A stretch of 64,000 nt of DNA from Octopus sinensis (Eukaryota), in assembly GCF_006345805.1 (NCBI RefSeq), contig NC_043000.1:83142001-83206000 (forward strand). Reading direction: 5' to 3'. Both the position numbers and the translations under genes were made by a program. This document shows positions 42,401 to 54,807 of the stretch, piece by piece. Below the pieces are notes generated by a model. The model had not been told where the DNA came from. It saw only the letters and a list, made by a program, of their open reading frames with translations, and did not search any database. Within the stretch, counting starts at the first letter, position 1. The number at the start of each line of letters is the position of its first letter.

Positions 42401-45400
42401 TTGCATACATTGTTTGACAAGTCATTTTCCAAGTATAATTTCATAAATAACTTACAGTTGTAAAGCAGCCAACAATATGATTTCTCAGGTAACAAAACTT
42501 GCGTCAACATCTGGTAGGATAATAAAATCTTTTCACATTCATCAGCCGACTGACAAGTCTGTAGAGTGTGCATCTTTTCAATTTGGTACATGCAAAAATA
42601 ATTTGCAATTAAAATCTGAATCTAAAATGTCAATTGAAAATAATAAAATATTAGCCTAAAACACATATTTATTGGTATCAATACACAAATATAGTCATAA
42701 ATTTGCATTTCCTTGCACACAGAAATGTATTACTCTAATGCATCTGCCATATACAAGATCAACCGAAAAATTGCACCCCTTATTTGTCTATAGTTTGAAT
42801 TGGATACACTCCTTCTCAACATACTGACCAAATTCATTCCCTGATGGAGAAGGATACTATCTATTTTTTTTACTTATCAATACTTTAGTCTTTGCTAAGT
42901 TAACTTTGAGATCTTTTGATTCCAAGTTTTTCTTCACTATCTGAAACTCCTTTAGGCCTACAACAGATTCCAGTTCTAAGAACGAGATCATTAATATCTT
43001 GGGTCCACATTGGGAAGACCTCTCATGTTTTCTGCATATTCAATAACCTTTCATATTAGACATTTCCATGGAACCTTTCACTTCAGAATCACCAGGTGCA
43101 AATGTATCACTGTGCATCTGTACACACTTCTGCCAAACAACATTGATTCTCTCTAGTATACTAATATTAACTTCTTAGTTTTTCCTAAGTCAATCTGTTA
43201 CCTTGTTTCCTTTCTAGATACCTAGAATAACTCTTTGCTGTCTTTTGTTCTACTTTTTCCAAGCCTGTCCCTGCTGCTTTCTACAGCAACTCTAAATAAC
43301 TATATTTTCAGGTCATTAGATAGATTTGACTCTCATATTGCATGGCATTTTGTCTGTTGCAGACCATTTTGATTCAGTTCTTACTTTATCATCTCTCTGA
43401 GCTTTCAAGCCATGATCTCAGTTATTCAAAGTCATTTACACATTTTGAATTTGCATCCTTTGACAATATAATGTGTTCTTTTGGTTGACTGAAAACCATA
43501 AACTCAGTCTTATAGTTATTGATGTATAGTTCTGTCTGTTTTAAAGCTTCCTCAGCTTTAGAAATAGTAATGTTATTTTAGTATATTCTTTATTTCAAAA
43601 TTAATTGAAACAGTCAGAAGGACTTGTAGATATAAAGCACTCTATTCAGCAACTCAACTGACCAGCTCAGGGATGCACTGACCATATATCGAGTGGAATC
43701 AGCAAAGCTTGACTTTCAAGCAAGTCAGATGAAGATCAAGCTGATGCATGTCAGCAATGGCCTTGACTTACCGCCTCTCCATGTTAGCCCTGACGTCATG
43801 GAGTTTGTTAACTCCTTCCTCTATCTGGACTCCACAGTTACCAAGAATGGAGACCTGACCCCAGAGATCAACCACTGATGTGACCTGGCCACCAGGGTCA
43901 TGTACTCTCTATGGAAGCCCCTCTAGCACCACTGCTCTATCTCCTGGAAGATAAAGCTCTGCCTCTACAATGAATCAGTCCTCTCCATTTTCCTCTATGG
44001 AACAGAAACATGGCCCCACATGAAGACCCTGGCAAAAAAAGGATTGATAGTTTCAATAGCAGAGCCCTAAGAACCATTAAGAACATCAGATGTTACCATC
44101 ACATTTCCCACAAAATATTGTGTGCACTCACACATCAGCCCACAGCCTCCTGCCTCATTGCTGTCTACCACATGCACTGGTACAGACATGTCCTCCCACC
44201 AGCCAGATTATCCTACAAGGGCCTCACTCTCACAGCTATGAGCTGGAAGACACCCTATAGCAGGCCCCACACCAGATGGTTGGATGGGATTAAGGAAAAT
44301 CTCCAGAGGCTTGACATCACCTTGGAGGATGCAGACAGGCTGGCACGGGACTGCCAATGATTGGAAGAATGCTAGTGGACCTGGTTGGCTCTACACATGA
44401 TGACACCACTGCAACTACTAATCTAGGATGATCCTCAGCCCATCAAGCAAGAACATGAAGCATGAAGATTTTTTAGTGTGCAGAGAGGGGAGAAACTCAA
44501 CAATTTTTAAAATACATATTAAGATACTAGTTACATCTCACTATAAGCAGTTAATATACTAGTTACATCTCACTATAAGCAGTTAATATACTAGTTACAT
44601 CTCCCTATAAGAAGTTAATATAGTAGTTACATCTCACTATAAGCTGAAAGAAATTTCTTATTTATTCAATAAGCTGTCAGCCAAATACTTACTGTTAGAA
44701 TTGCTGTATTTGATTGTAATCCTTCAGGAAAAAAGCATTTCTTATAGCTCTCTAAATCATAGTGCGCAGTGCACTTACTGATATCCGATTCCAGAAAATA
44801 AAAATTGTAACAAGACAATGCAAGTAAATATTCCTGAAAATAAATTACAAGAAAAATTTAGGATGATTTGCTATATCTTTAACAATTGTGTTTTCTTTTA
44901 CTTATATGAAACAATTACTTATATTACTCAATTACTTTTTTATTCTTTTACTCTTTTACTTGTTTCAGTCATTTGACTGTGGCCATGCTGGAGCACCACA
45001 TTTAGTCAAGCAAATCGACCCCAGGACTTATTCTTTGTAAGCCTAGTACTTATTCTATCGTACCCTTTTGCCAAACCGCTAAGTTACGGGGACGTAAACA
45101 CACCAGCATCGGTTGTCAAGCGATGTTGGGGGGACAAACACAGACACACAAATATACACACACACACACACATATAAATATACATATATACGATGGGCTT
45201 CTTTCAGTTTCTGTCTACCAAATCCACTCAAAAGGCTTTGGTCAGCCTGAGGCTATAGTAGAAGATACTTGCCCAAGGTGCCACGCAATGGGACTGAACC
45301 CAGAACCATGTGTTTGGTAAGCAAGCTGCATACCACACAGCCACTCCTCCCCCAACCTAACCATCCATGTTCAATAACTTTGACAAGCTACAAATTCAGT

Positions 45401-47667
45401 TCTAGCTGCAGAAAATTTAAACAGATTTTAGCTCTATCCTCTCATATTTAAACTTTAATCCCAGTAGTGTCAACTTAGCTTTCATCATTCCAACACTGAG
45501 ACAATAAAAATCTATTAGTCAGTTCACCAACCATATTTTCCACCAAGAATTGTTTAGCCTTGTGCCAATATGAGAAATATTGTTATTCTTTTAACTATGT
45601 GCTTTCACTACACAACCAATAGCAGGTCAGTGTGAGGACATACAGAGTTTTGTTATGGTTCTGTATTTTCTATGGTATAATAAGTACTCTATGTTTCAAA
45701 TATGTGATATACCCAGTATTGCCTTTTGTTGTATGTTGTCTATACATGTAAGTGTGGGAGATTTGTTTATGTATTTATTTGCCCCCTTTTTAATCATTCC
45801 TAAGAAATCTAGTAGTATCATAAGGATGGCTTCTGTTTACAATTCCCTCATTTTGATTATCTCTGTTTGCAGATCTTTATATTTGAATAATTTCCATACT
45901 TCTTTAAAGAATCATTATCTGTTAGAACAAGTACAAAGACCAGTCTTTGATAACAGTACCATGTTGATTTTCTTGTCTGTGTGGATTGACATATTCAAGA
46001 GCATGGTTGCCTTATCATTCAGTGAAACATTTTCTGGTGTATGTTTATACTATCTTGTTTCAATCAATATTTCATACTATTAACACAGTTTCCTGTGTAT
46101 GGAAGCACCTCTCTGATTTGTCTGCTTGTATATTCTCATTTACAAGCCAGACAAAAACAATATAAATAATTAATAGTTTCTTTCAACTCTTTTGTTACCA
46201 TATATCTATAGAAATGCACTGTCTTCGTTTCCAGTAATTTAAAAAATAATGAAGCCTGGTTGTTATTAAGTTGGTATTAGGACTATAAATTAACATTAAA
46301 TTTTGATCGAGTAGATATAATTTAGATCACTTTTAAATAAATTTGTATCAGAGAAATAGGTGCAGTCTCAGGTGTGTCATTATCAAAACCTCATATATTC
46401 TACAGTTACTTAGTGTATTCTGCTTTACTATATATTTTTATGTTTTGGTAGCTTCTAATGAAAATGCATGGTCTTGTGTCACACTGAAAGGTCTTTCAGA
46501 GTCAGCTCTGAAACCCTGCTTTCATCAATCAGTATTGGGGTTTTTCTTTATACAACAAGTAATGAACTATAGCATCTTTGATTACAAGTTACCAATTGGC
46601 AATTATTTGTACTGGCAGGAAAATATCACTCCTTCAGAGTGAAAGACAGACTGTATAATGCTTGTGTGCAAAGTGTATTGCAACATGGTAGTGAGATATG
46701 GGTTTTAAATACAGAAGACATTTGAAAACCAGAAAGAAATGAAGTACATATAATTTGTTGGATGTGTAATGACAGTTTTTATGAACAGCAGAATACACAT
46801 AACTTTGGGAAGAAAAAACTGTGCATAAGAGGAATCAAATGCTGGTACAGTCATGTGATGCATACAAATGAAAACAGCTGTATTAAAAGGTGCTGAGCAC
46901 TCAAAGTAGACAGTGCCTGTAGAAGAGGAATACCTAGGAAGACGAGGAACAAATTTATTGAAGGGAAACTTAATAATGCAAGTTTCATGGCAATCTCACA
47001 AGCACTGATGCTACATAAACAAAAAATACTCAATACACTTGGTAATGTGGTTGGCATCTGGAAGAGCATCCAGCTGTAGAAAACATGCAAAAGTAGATAT
47101 TTGTGCATGATGCAGTCCTTGGACTTGTTGGATCTTGTCAACGTATGTCATGGAAAATGGACATTAAAAGATGATGATGATGATACTGCATCCTAATTTC
47201 TTTTGTAAAAATTAGAATTCACCTTGAGCAGACATTAAGAAATAGTAATAAAATCAAAAACTAACAAAAGTAAAAACTAAAATGCTTGAGAATATTTTCT
47301 TCAAAATTAACTTACTTCTTCATCTCTGAGGAAATTTCCAATTTTCAATAACTGCTTTAAAAAGTACACTTGTGGAAGTAATGGTTGGTACTTTTTTAAC
47401 ATTTCAAATAATGTTATTGACCTATAAAAGAAATTTTTATCATTATATTATATGAAGAAAGTTGGCAATAGAAAATATGGATGGAATGATATATATATAT
47501 ATATATATATACATATACATGCATGCATGCATGCATGCATGCATGCATACATACATACATACATACATACATACATACATACATACATACATACATACAT
47601 ACATACATACATACATACATACATACATACATACATACATACATACATACATACATACATACATACA

Positions 47668-47703
<36 letters not shown>

Positions 47704-48070
47704 CATACATACTTATATATGCAGGTGGTTTTCCTAGTGGTCAATTATTGCAAGGGTGATAATCATTTTTTCATAATACGAAGTGGGATTAAAAATTTGA
47801 ATTTAAAATTAAAGAATTTCAACCGTGTTTCGTGGTCTGCTACCACAACAGCTCCTTTATAGAATCCAGTTAGCTCAAGACATCATCAGGAGGAACTACT
47901 ATTTGCGGTTGGAGCCCTGGCTGCTATTTCTAGTGGGTCGAACGGCCTATTGTAGCCATTCCTCAATTGTTGTTGAATTTATTCATAGTCTCTGACTATT
48001 TCCTCTTTCTCACTAGACCGCTGGTGGCAAAATAATTTCTATTGAATTTTTTGCTACCCTAAATTGATAA

Positions 48071-48101
<31 letters not shown>

Positions 48102-48668
48102 ATATATACATATACATGCATGCATGCATGCATGCATGCATGCATACATACATACATACATACATACATACATACATACATACATCATACATACATACAT
48201 ACATACATACATACATACATACATACATACATACATACATACATACATACATACATACATACATACTACATACATACATACTACATACATACATACATAT
48301 ATATACATACATACTTATATATGCAGGTGGTTTTCCTAGTGGTCAATTATTGCAAGGGTGATAATCATTTTTTCATAATACGAAGTGGGATTAAAAATTT
48401 GAATTTAAAATTAAAGAATTTCAACCGTGTTTCGTGGTCTGCTACCACAACAGCTCCTTTATAGAATCCAGTTAGCTCAAGACATCATCAGGAGGAACTA
48501 CTATTTGCGGTTGGAGCCCTGGCTGCTATTTCTAGTGGGTCGAACGGCCTATTGTAGCCATTCCTCAATTGTTGTTGAATTTATTCATAGTCTCTGACTA
48601 TTTCCTCTTTCTCACTAGACCGCTGGTGGCAAAATAATTTCTATTGAATTTTTTGCTACCCTAAATTG

Positions 48669-48709
<41 letters not shown>

Positions 48710-49051
48710 TACAAACTGAGGAAAAGAAATCCTTCAAAGGGGTGTGTTAAACATCCAATTCACTGGTATGTCAGTTGAATAACATAAAAATATCAGTATA
48801 ATGCAATAATAAAGATAAATTAAATATAGAGATATTCTATTGATATTCAATAATTTATTTATATTACAATATTACATTAAATACTATGAATATAATATAT
48901 ATCATAACATAATATTATATAAATAATTATAAAAAACGTAAAAGTCCAACAAATTGTTTTGACATATATATTTTTTTCTGATATTGTAAAAATTTTTACA
49001 ATCCAGCCATCCTTTCCAGACTGGATTTCATCTTTCTGAACCAATTCATAA

Positions 49052-49150
<99 letters not shown>

Positions 49151-52100
49151 TTAACGTCCGCTTTCCATGCTAGCATGGGTTGGACGGTTCAACTGGGGTC
49201 TGGGGAGCCCGAAAGCTGCACCAGTCCAGTCAGATCTGGCAGTGTTTCTACAGCTGGATGCCCTTCCTAACGCCAACCACTCCAAGAGTGTAGTGGGTGA
49301 TTTTATGTGCCACCGACACAGGTGCCAGACGAGGCTGGCAAACGGCCACGCTCGGATGGTGTTTTTTATGTGCCACCGACACAGGTGCCAGACGAGGCTG
49401 GCAGACAGCCACGCTCGGATGGTGTTTTTATGTGCCACCGACACAGGTGCCAGATGAGGCTGATATATATATATATATGTGTGTGTGTATATATATATAT
49501 ATATACCAGGTATGGTAGATAAGTTCAGTAAAATTTAGATTCAGATGAATATGGTACTTAAGTTAAAGGCACCAGAATTTAGTATGGTATTATCCTTATA
49601 ATTCAAAATGGGGTGATAATAATCAAAATAAGCAACAAGGATATACAGAGGTAATGCAGTATGATTGTTTCATGCGAATCCATTTAATTGAACAATGCAA
49701 ACATTACATCAATTTAAAATGTAGAGCAATCTTCTAGATTGCTCTAGAAGATTGCTCTACATTTTAAATTGATGTAATGTTTGCATTGTTCAATTAAATG
49801 GATTCGCATGAAACGATCGTACAACATTACCTCTGGATATCCTTGTTGCTTATTTTGATATACTTATATATACTTATATATCAGGGGCGTGCACTCTCAG
49901 CAATGCAAGGTATGCGCTGCATGCCTTCTTTGTTTCAAAGAAAATACGTCCAGTTGTTTTAGAAATATTGTCTCCACTTCGTACATCTGCTTTGATAAAT
50001 GCTTTTAGAAGATCGCATGATACACACTCCCTCTCTGTCTGTATTAGTTTGTCCTTCCTTCCTCTCTCTCTCTCTCTATCTTAGTGACTCGATAAATTTA
50101 TCGCTTGTCATGCGTTGGGAAGACAGCATGAGTCCCTTCTCTCTGTCTTTGATAGTTTGTCCCTTCTTCCTCTTTCTTTGTTTAAAAGATATACTACGAG
50201 GAATGGTCACCCCCTTCTCTCTCAGCGATTCGACAAATTCAGTTTGGCATGTCATGCTGTGCTAAAATCGCATTTCACGCCTCTCTGACTATTTTGACCG
50301 GAACAAGAGCCGTCCCATAATTCTTGTTTTAGCCAGCTGAAATGTTGGAATAGCCTTCGCATGTAAGTTTGAAATTTTTTATCCAAAACATCCGTTTGCA
50401 CTATCATATTTTTAAAAAGTTTTGAAAGCAAAAATATCTACATTATATTTCTTATTTCAGAAATAGCTAATTAATCTTAAATTAATTTAACAAAGGGTAT
50501 TTTTCCGTTTTGTTGAAATTGACTTAAAATTTACGCCGGCGCTTCCACGTGGGTCCTTAAATAAGAGCAGCCTTTTTCAAAATGAGTGAATTGTGTGCTA
50601 TAAACGATATTTTGAGAACTAGTTTTTCTAAAAGGGACTTCGATGGGAAAAAATTAATTATAAATCGCGGGAGACCAACACCGAATTTACCTAATTTGCG
50701 AAGCTACAACTAGAAATTCACGAGACAATTTCAGGTTAATTCGTATGAAAAGAAGAAATGGTTAACTGGAAGTGTTGCTCTTAATAAATTATTCTGTTGG
50801 CCGTGTTTACTTTTTGGCTTAGAAAAAAATGTTTGGAATGATAAAGGCTATGATGATATAAATAATTTACATATGGCTATGCTAAAGCACGAGCGTTCTC
50901 AAAGGCATATAAAATGTTTGATAGACCTTAAAATATTCGGGAATGTTCGCATAGACTTACAATTAGATGCACGTAAAAATCAAAACATACAACAGCATAA
51001 TGAGAAAGTTCGACGAAACAGATCCATTCTGCAACGATTGATCGATGTTGTTATTTTTTTAGGCCTCCAGGAATTATCGTTTCGGGGTCATTTTGAATCT
51101 GAAGGCTCTAATAATCGGGGAAATTATAAAGAACTCGTTTATTTGATCAGTAAGTATGACAAACAAATGGAAAGTCATTTAGATACAGCTTCTATCTTCA
51201 CTGGTCTGTCGAACAGAATTCAAAATGACTTGATCGAAGCAATTCATAAAGTTATGTTGAATGAGATGCAGAAGGAAATTGACCAAGCTAAGTTTGTTTC
51301 TATTCTTGTTGATGAGACATCTGATGTCTCAGCATCTTCACAACTGTCAACAGTTTTACGTTATGTTACAGAAGACTGTGTGACGAAAGAACGATTTATC
51401 GGTTTTAGTGATGTTAGTGCAGATCGATCTGCAAATGCTTTATCTGAACATGTTTTTAAATGCATTGAGACGTGGGAATGTGGAAACAAATTGATTGCGC
51501 AGACATATGATGGTGCCGCTACAATGGCAGGACAACTAAATGGGTTACAGGCAAAAGTAAGAAAGAAATATGAATGTGCGATCTTTATTCATTGTTGTGC
51601 CCATATCCTAAATTTAGTTCTTTCACAATCATGCTCTGCTATGAAAGAATGCAAGATATTTTTTTCTACAATAAACGGACTCGGTACATTTTTTACGAAA
51701 TCACCGAAAAGGACTAATGCATTAGATAATATTGTTAAAAAAAGATTTCCGAAAGCAACAGCAACTAGATGGAATTACTCCTCACGTCTTATTATTACCA
51801 CAAAGGAAAATTATAATTTCATAATCAGCCTTTTTGAACACATCATTGAAAATCCTGAAGCATAGGATGATATCACCATAAATTCAGCAATTGGATTCTT
51901 ACACACTTTAAAAGCTCCTGATTTCTTATTTTTGTTAGAGGTATTCAGTGACATTTTTTCTTTTACTGACGTCTTATTTAACATACTCCAGAGTAAAAGT
52001 CATGACATAGTGTATTGTAAACAGCAAATAGATAAAACTAGAACTGTACTCGAAAACAAACTTGATAATTTTTCAGTCTTTTATGATAGGTTAGGGGAAA

Positions 52101-53692
52101 AATATGGAGTCGATGCAGGAATCGGAATTCAGAGATCCAAGAATATATCTATTGATCCCCAACGACATTATAGAACGCTTTATAACAAAATTATAAGTAC
52201 AATAGTTGACCAAATAAAAGCACGATATTCATCCTTAGAAGAGTTTAAATTCATGGAACTTTTGAATTTCAACAAAGTTGATGAGTATTGCAAACAATTT
52301 CCTGTGGACTCTTTAGATTCTTTAAGAACAACTTATGGCAGATTTTTTGATGTAATACGATTACAAAGTGAGCTCAATGGGATGTATTCAATGAAAAATT
52401 TTAAAAAACCAAGTGTAAGTCATTTAATGAGTTACATTAACAGCACTGATCTTGTGGAAGCTATGCCAGAACTCTTCAATCTGTGCAAGTTGATTTTGAC
52501 AATTCCGTCTACGACTGCTTCTGTAGAGCGATCCTTTTCTGCATTAAGTAGAATTAAAACATACCAAAGAAATGCGACAGGAGAAAGAAGACTGTCTGGG
52601 TTAGCACTAATGTCAATTGAAAAAGATTTATTACAAGAATTGATGAAAAGAGAAGATTTCTATGAAAATGTGATAGATATATTTGCCCAGAAAGATCGAA
52701 GAATTGAATTAATTTATAAATGAGCTAAGTAACATTTTAAAACATTAAAAAAATATATATTAAAGAGCATATATTACAGGTTTTGCTAAGTGTTTGTTAT
52801 AACGTAAGGTTCGACCTTCTTACATCAGTATTGTTTCGCAGGAGAAATGTTTTGATTTCTTCGTGAAACCTAACCTACATAGATTTCCCTTTCTGTGCTG
52901 CTGGGTGTAGTCTATTTACGGCCGTAAATAAGTGTTTTGTTTCGCTTTCAATAAGTGTCTTGTTTCAATCTCAGAGATGTTGACTTCTGCCACAACAGTT
53001 TTGGGAGGCTTTTTACAATGTTGAATTTTCGCTGTCTTTCATTGTGTGCGTATTCATGTATATGCGTGTATTTTCAATGTTTGTGCGTGAGACGTAGTCC
53101 TTTAATGTACGGAGTTCAGTAAGTCTCAGAACAGTCAATAATTTTCCCGGAATTGACAAGTAGCATGATAAAGAACCTGACTTGTCTTCGAGAGCGTAAC
53201 GATCTAAAACCATGGCCATATAATGTAACTAAATGTGTTCTTTTAATTAAATCATTTCATTCAACTCAACCGATAGGTATAGGGTCTAATGCAGAATCGC
53301 ACCCCTTTGAAAAACGAATTTATGTGAAAATTTTTTTTCGGATTCCTACCTTTAACAGAGATTCTGAATATGCAAAAATATTGACAGAATCCAATTTCAT
53401 CTTTATTATATTTCACTTATGATTTTTAGACTTTTCTAAGGGAGAATGAGGATGGGAAAGTACTGACGTTTCGAAGAGCAAAGAATAATACAAACAATAC
53501 ACTTATTTCAGGATCATCTCTGCACAGCCATTTTTTATTCCCTGTTTATTCTGCATATTCAGAATCTCTTATATGTAAATCGTAGGAATACGAAAATGTT
53601 TTACTGAAAAATTGCCGGGGGGGGGGGGGAGCAATGAAATTAATTGCATGCCCAACGCCGGAAGTCACCGCACGCCACTGTTATATATATAT

Positions 53693-53766
<74 letters not shown>

Positions 53767-54755
53767 AATAATGAGGGAGATGAATTAATTTTAATTTCAA
53801 TATCAATTTAAATCCAGTAGTCTCGCATACAAAAAATCTGAGAAATCAGAGAAAATTCTAATATATGTGTATATTGGCAGGGCAAGGCTGCTAGGTAGTC
53901 GGCCATATGCTAGAAATAGATCATCAACGATCAATCTACAAAGAAAGTTCTCTAGAGGAAAAATTCGGTTAACACCAGAACCAAATTTGGCGGGCAGGAC
54001 AGATGAAAATTTATATAAAAAACAGAATTAATTGCATACCTCGGTTTCGGCCTTTAACAAAAGAATTACTTACATAATTCAAATGTCCGTGGCCTCATCA
54101 GTACAATCGTTCAGTGTAAATGCAATCTAAAAAACTAACCCCAGCTTTCTGTGCCAAAACAGACACGTGTTTAGTTTTACCGATTACATTAGGGATAAAA
54201 TTTCAAATGTCTTAGTTCTGGCGTGCTAAAAAATTCCTGAAGCAAAGAACTGCAGTAAATAATTCACTGCGGTTAGCGCTTGCTACTAGAGAACGTATTT
54301 ATTTCAATATTTAAATAATGAGGGAGATAAATTAATATTAATTTCAATATCAATTTAAATCCAGTAGTCTAGCATACAAAAAATCTGAGAAATCAGAGAA
54401 AATTCTAATATATGTGTATTATTTACTGCAGTTCTTCGCTTCAGGAATTTTTTAGCGCGCCGGAACTAAGACATTTGAAATTTTATCCCTAATGTAATCG
54501 GTAAAACTAAACACGTGTCTGTTTTGGCACAGAAAGCGGACATTTGAATTATGTAAGTAATTCTTTTGTTAAAGGCCAAAACCGAGGTATGCAATTAATT
54601 CTGTTTTTTATATAAATTTTCATCTGTCCTGCCCGCCAAATTTGGTTCTGGCATTCGCTGAATTTTTCCTCTAGAGAACTTTCTTTGTTGTTTGATTGTT
54701 GATGATCTATTTCTAGCATACGTCCGACTACCTAGCAGTCTTGCCCTGCCAATAT

Positions 54756-54807
<52 letters not shown>

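Noticed and set aside
44524-44644. 32-bp repeats of CRISPR-like length
   Set aside because: Head-to-tail with no spacers, no cas genes and a eukaryotic intron context; a plain minisatellite.
47414-48464. Many ORFs with YIHT/MYVC repeats (similar low-complexity ORFs at 26863-27331, 30421-30681, 36181-36440)
   Set aside because: Translations of (ATAC)n, (AT)n, (GT)n and (GA)n microsatellites.
48940-49030. Possible further hammerhead on the minus strand (CTGGAAA...AAAAC)
   Set aside because: Both core boxes are mutated and the stems are weak; not supportable.
50873-52723. Two ORFs as a host ZMYM1-like gene
   Set aside because: Intronless single frame enclosed by TIRs and an 8-bp TSD; a transposase, not a domesticated gene.
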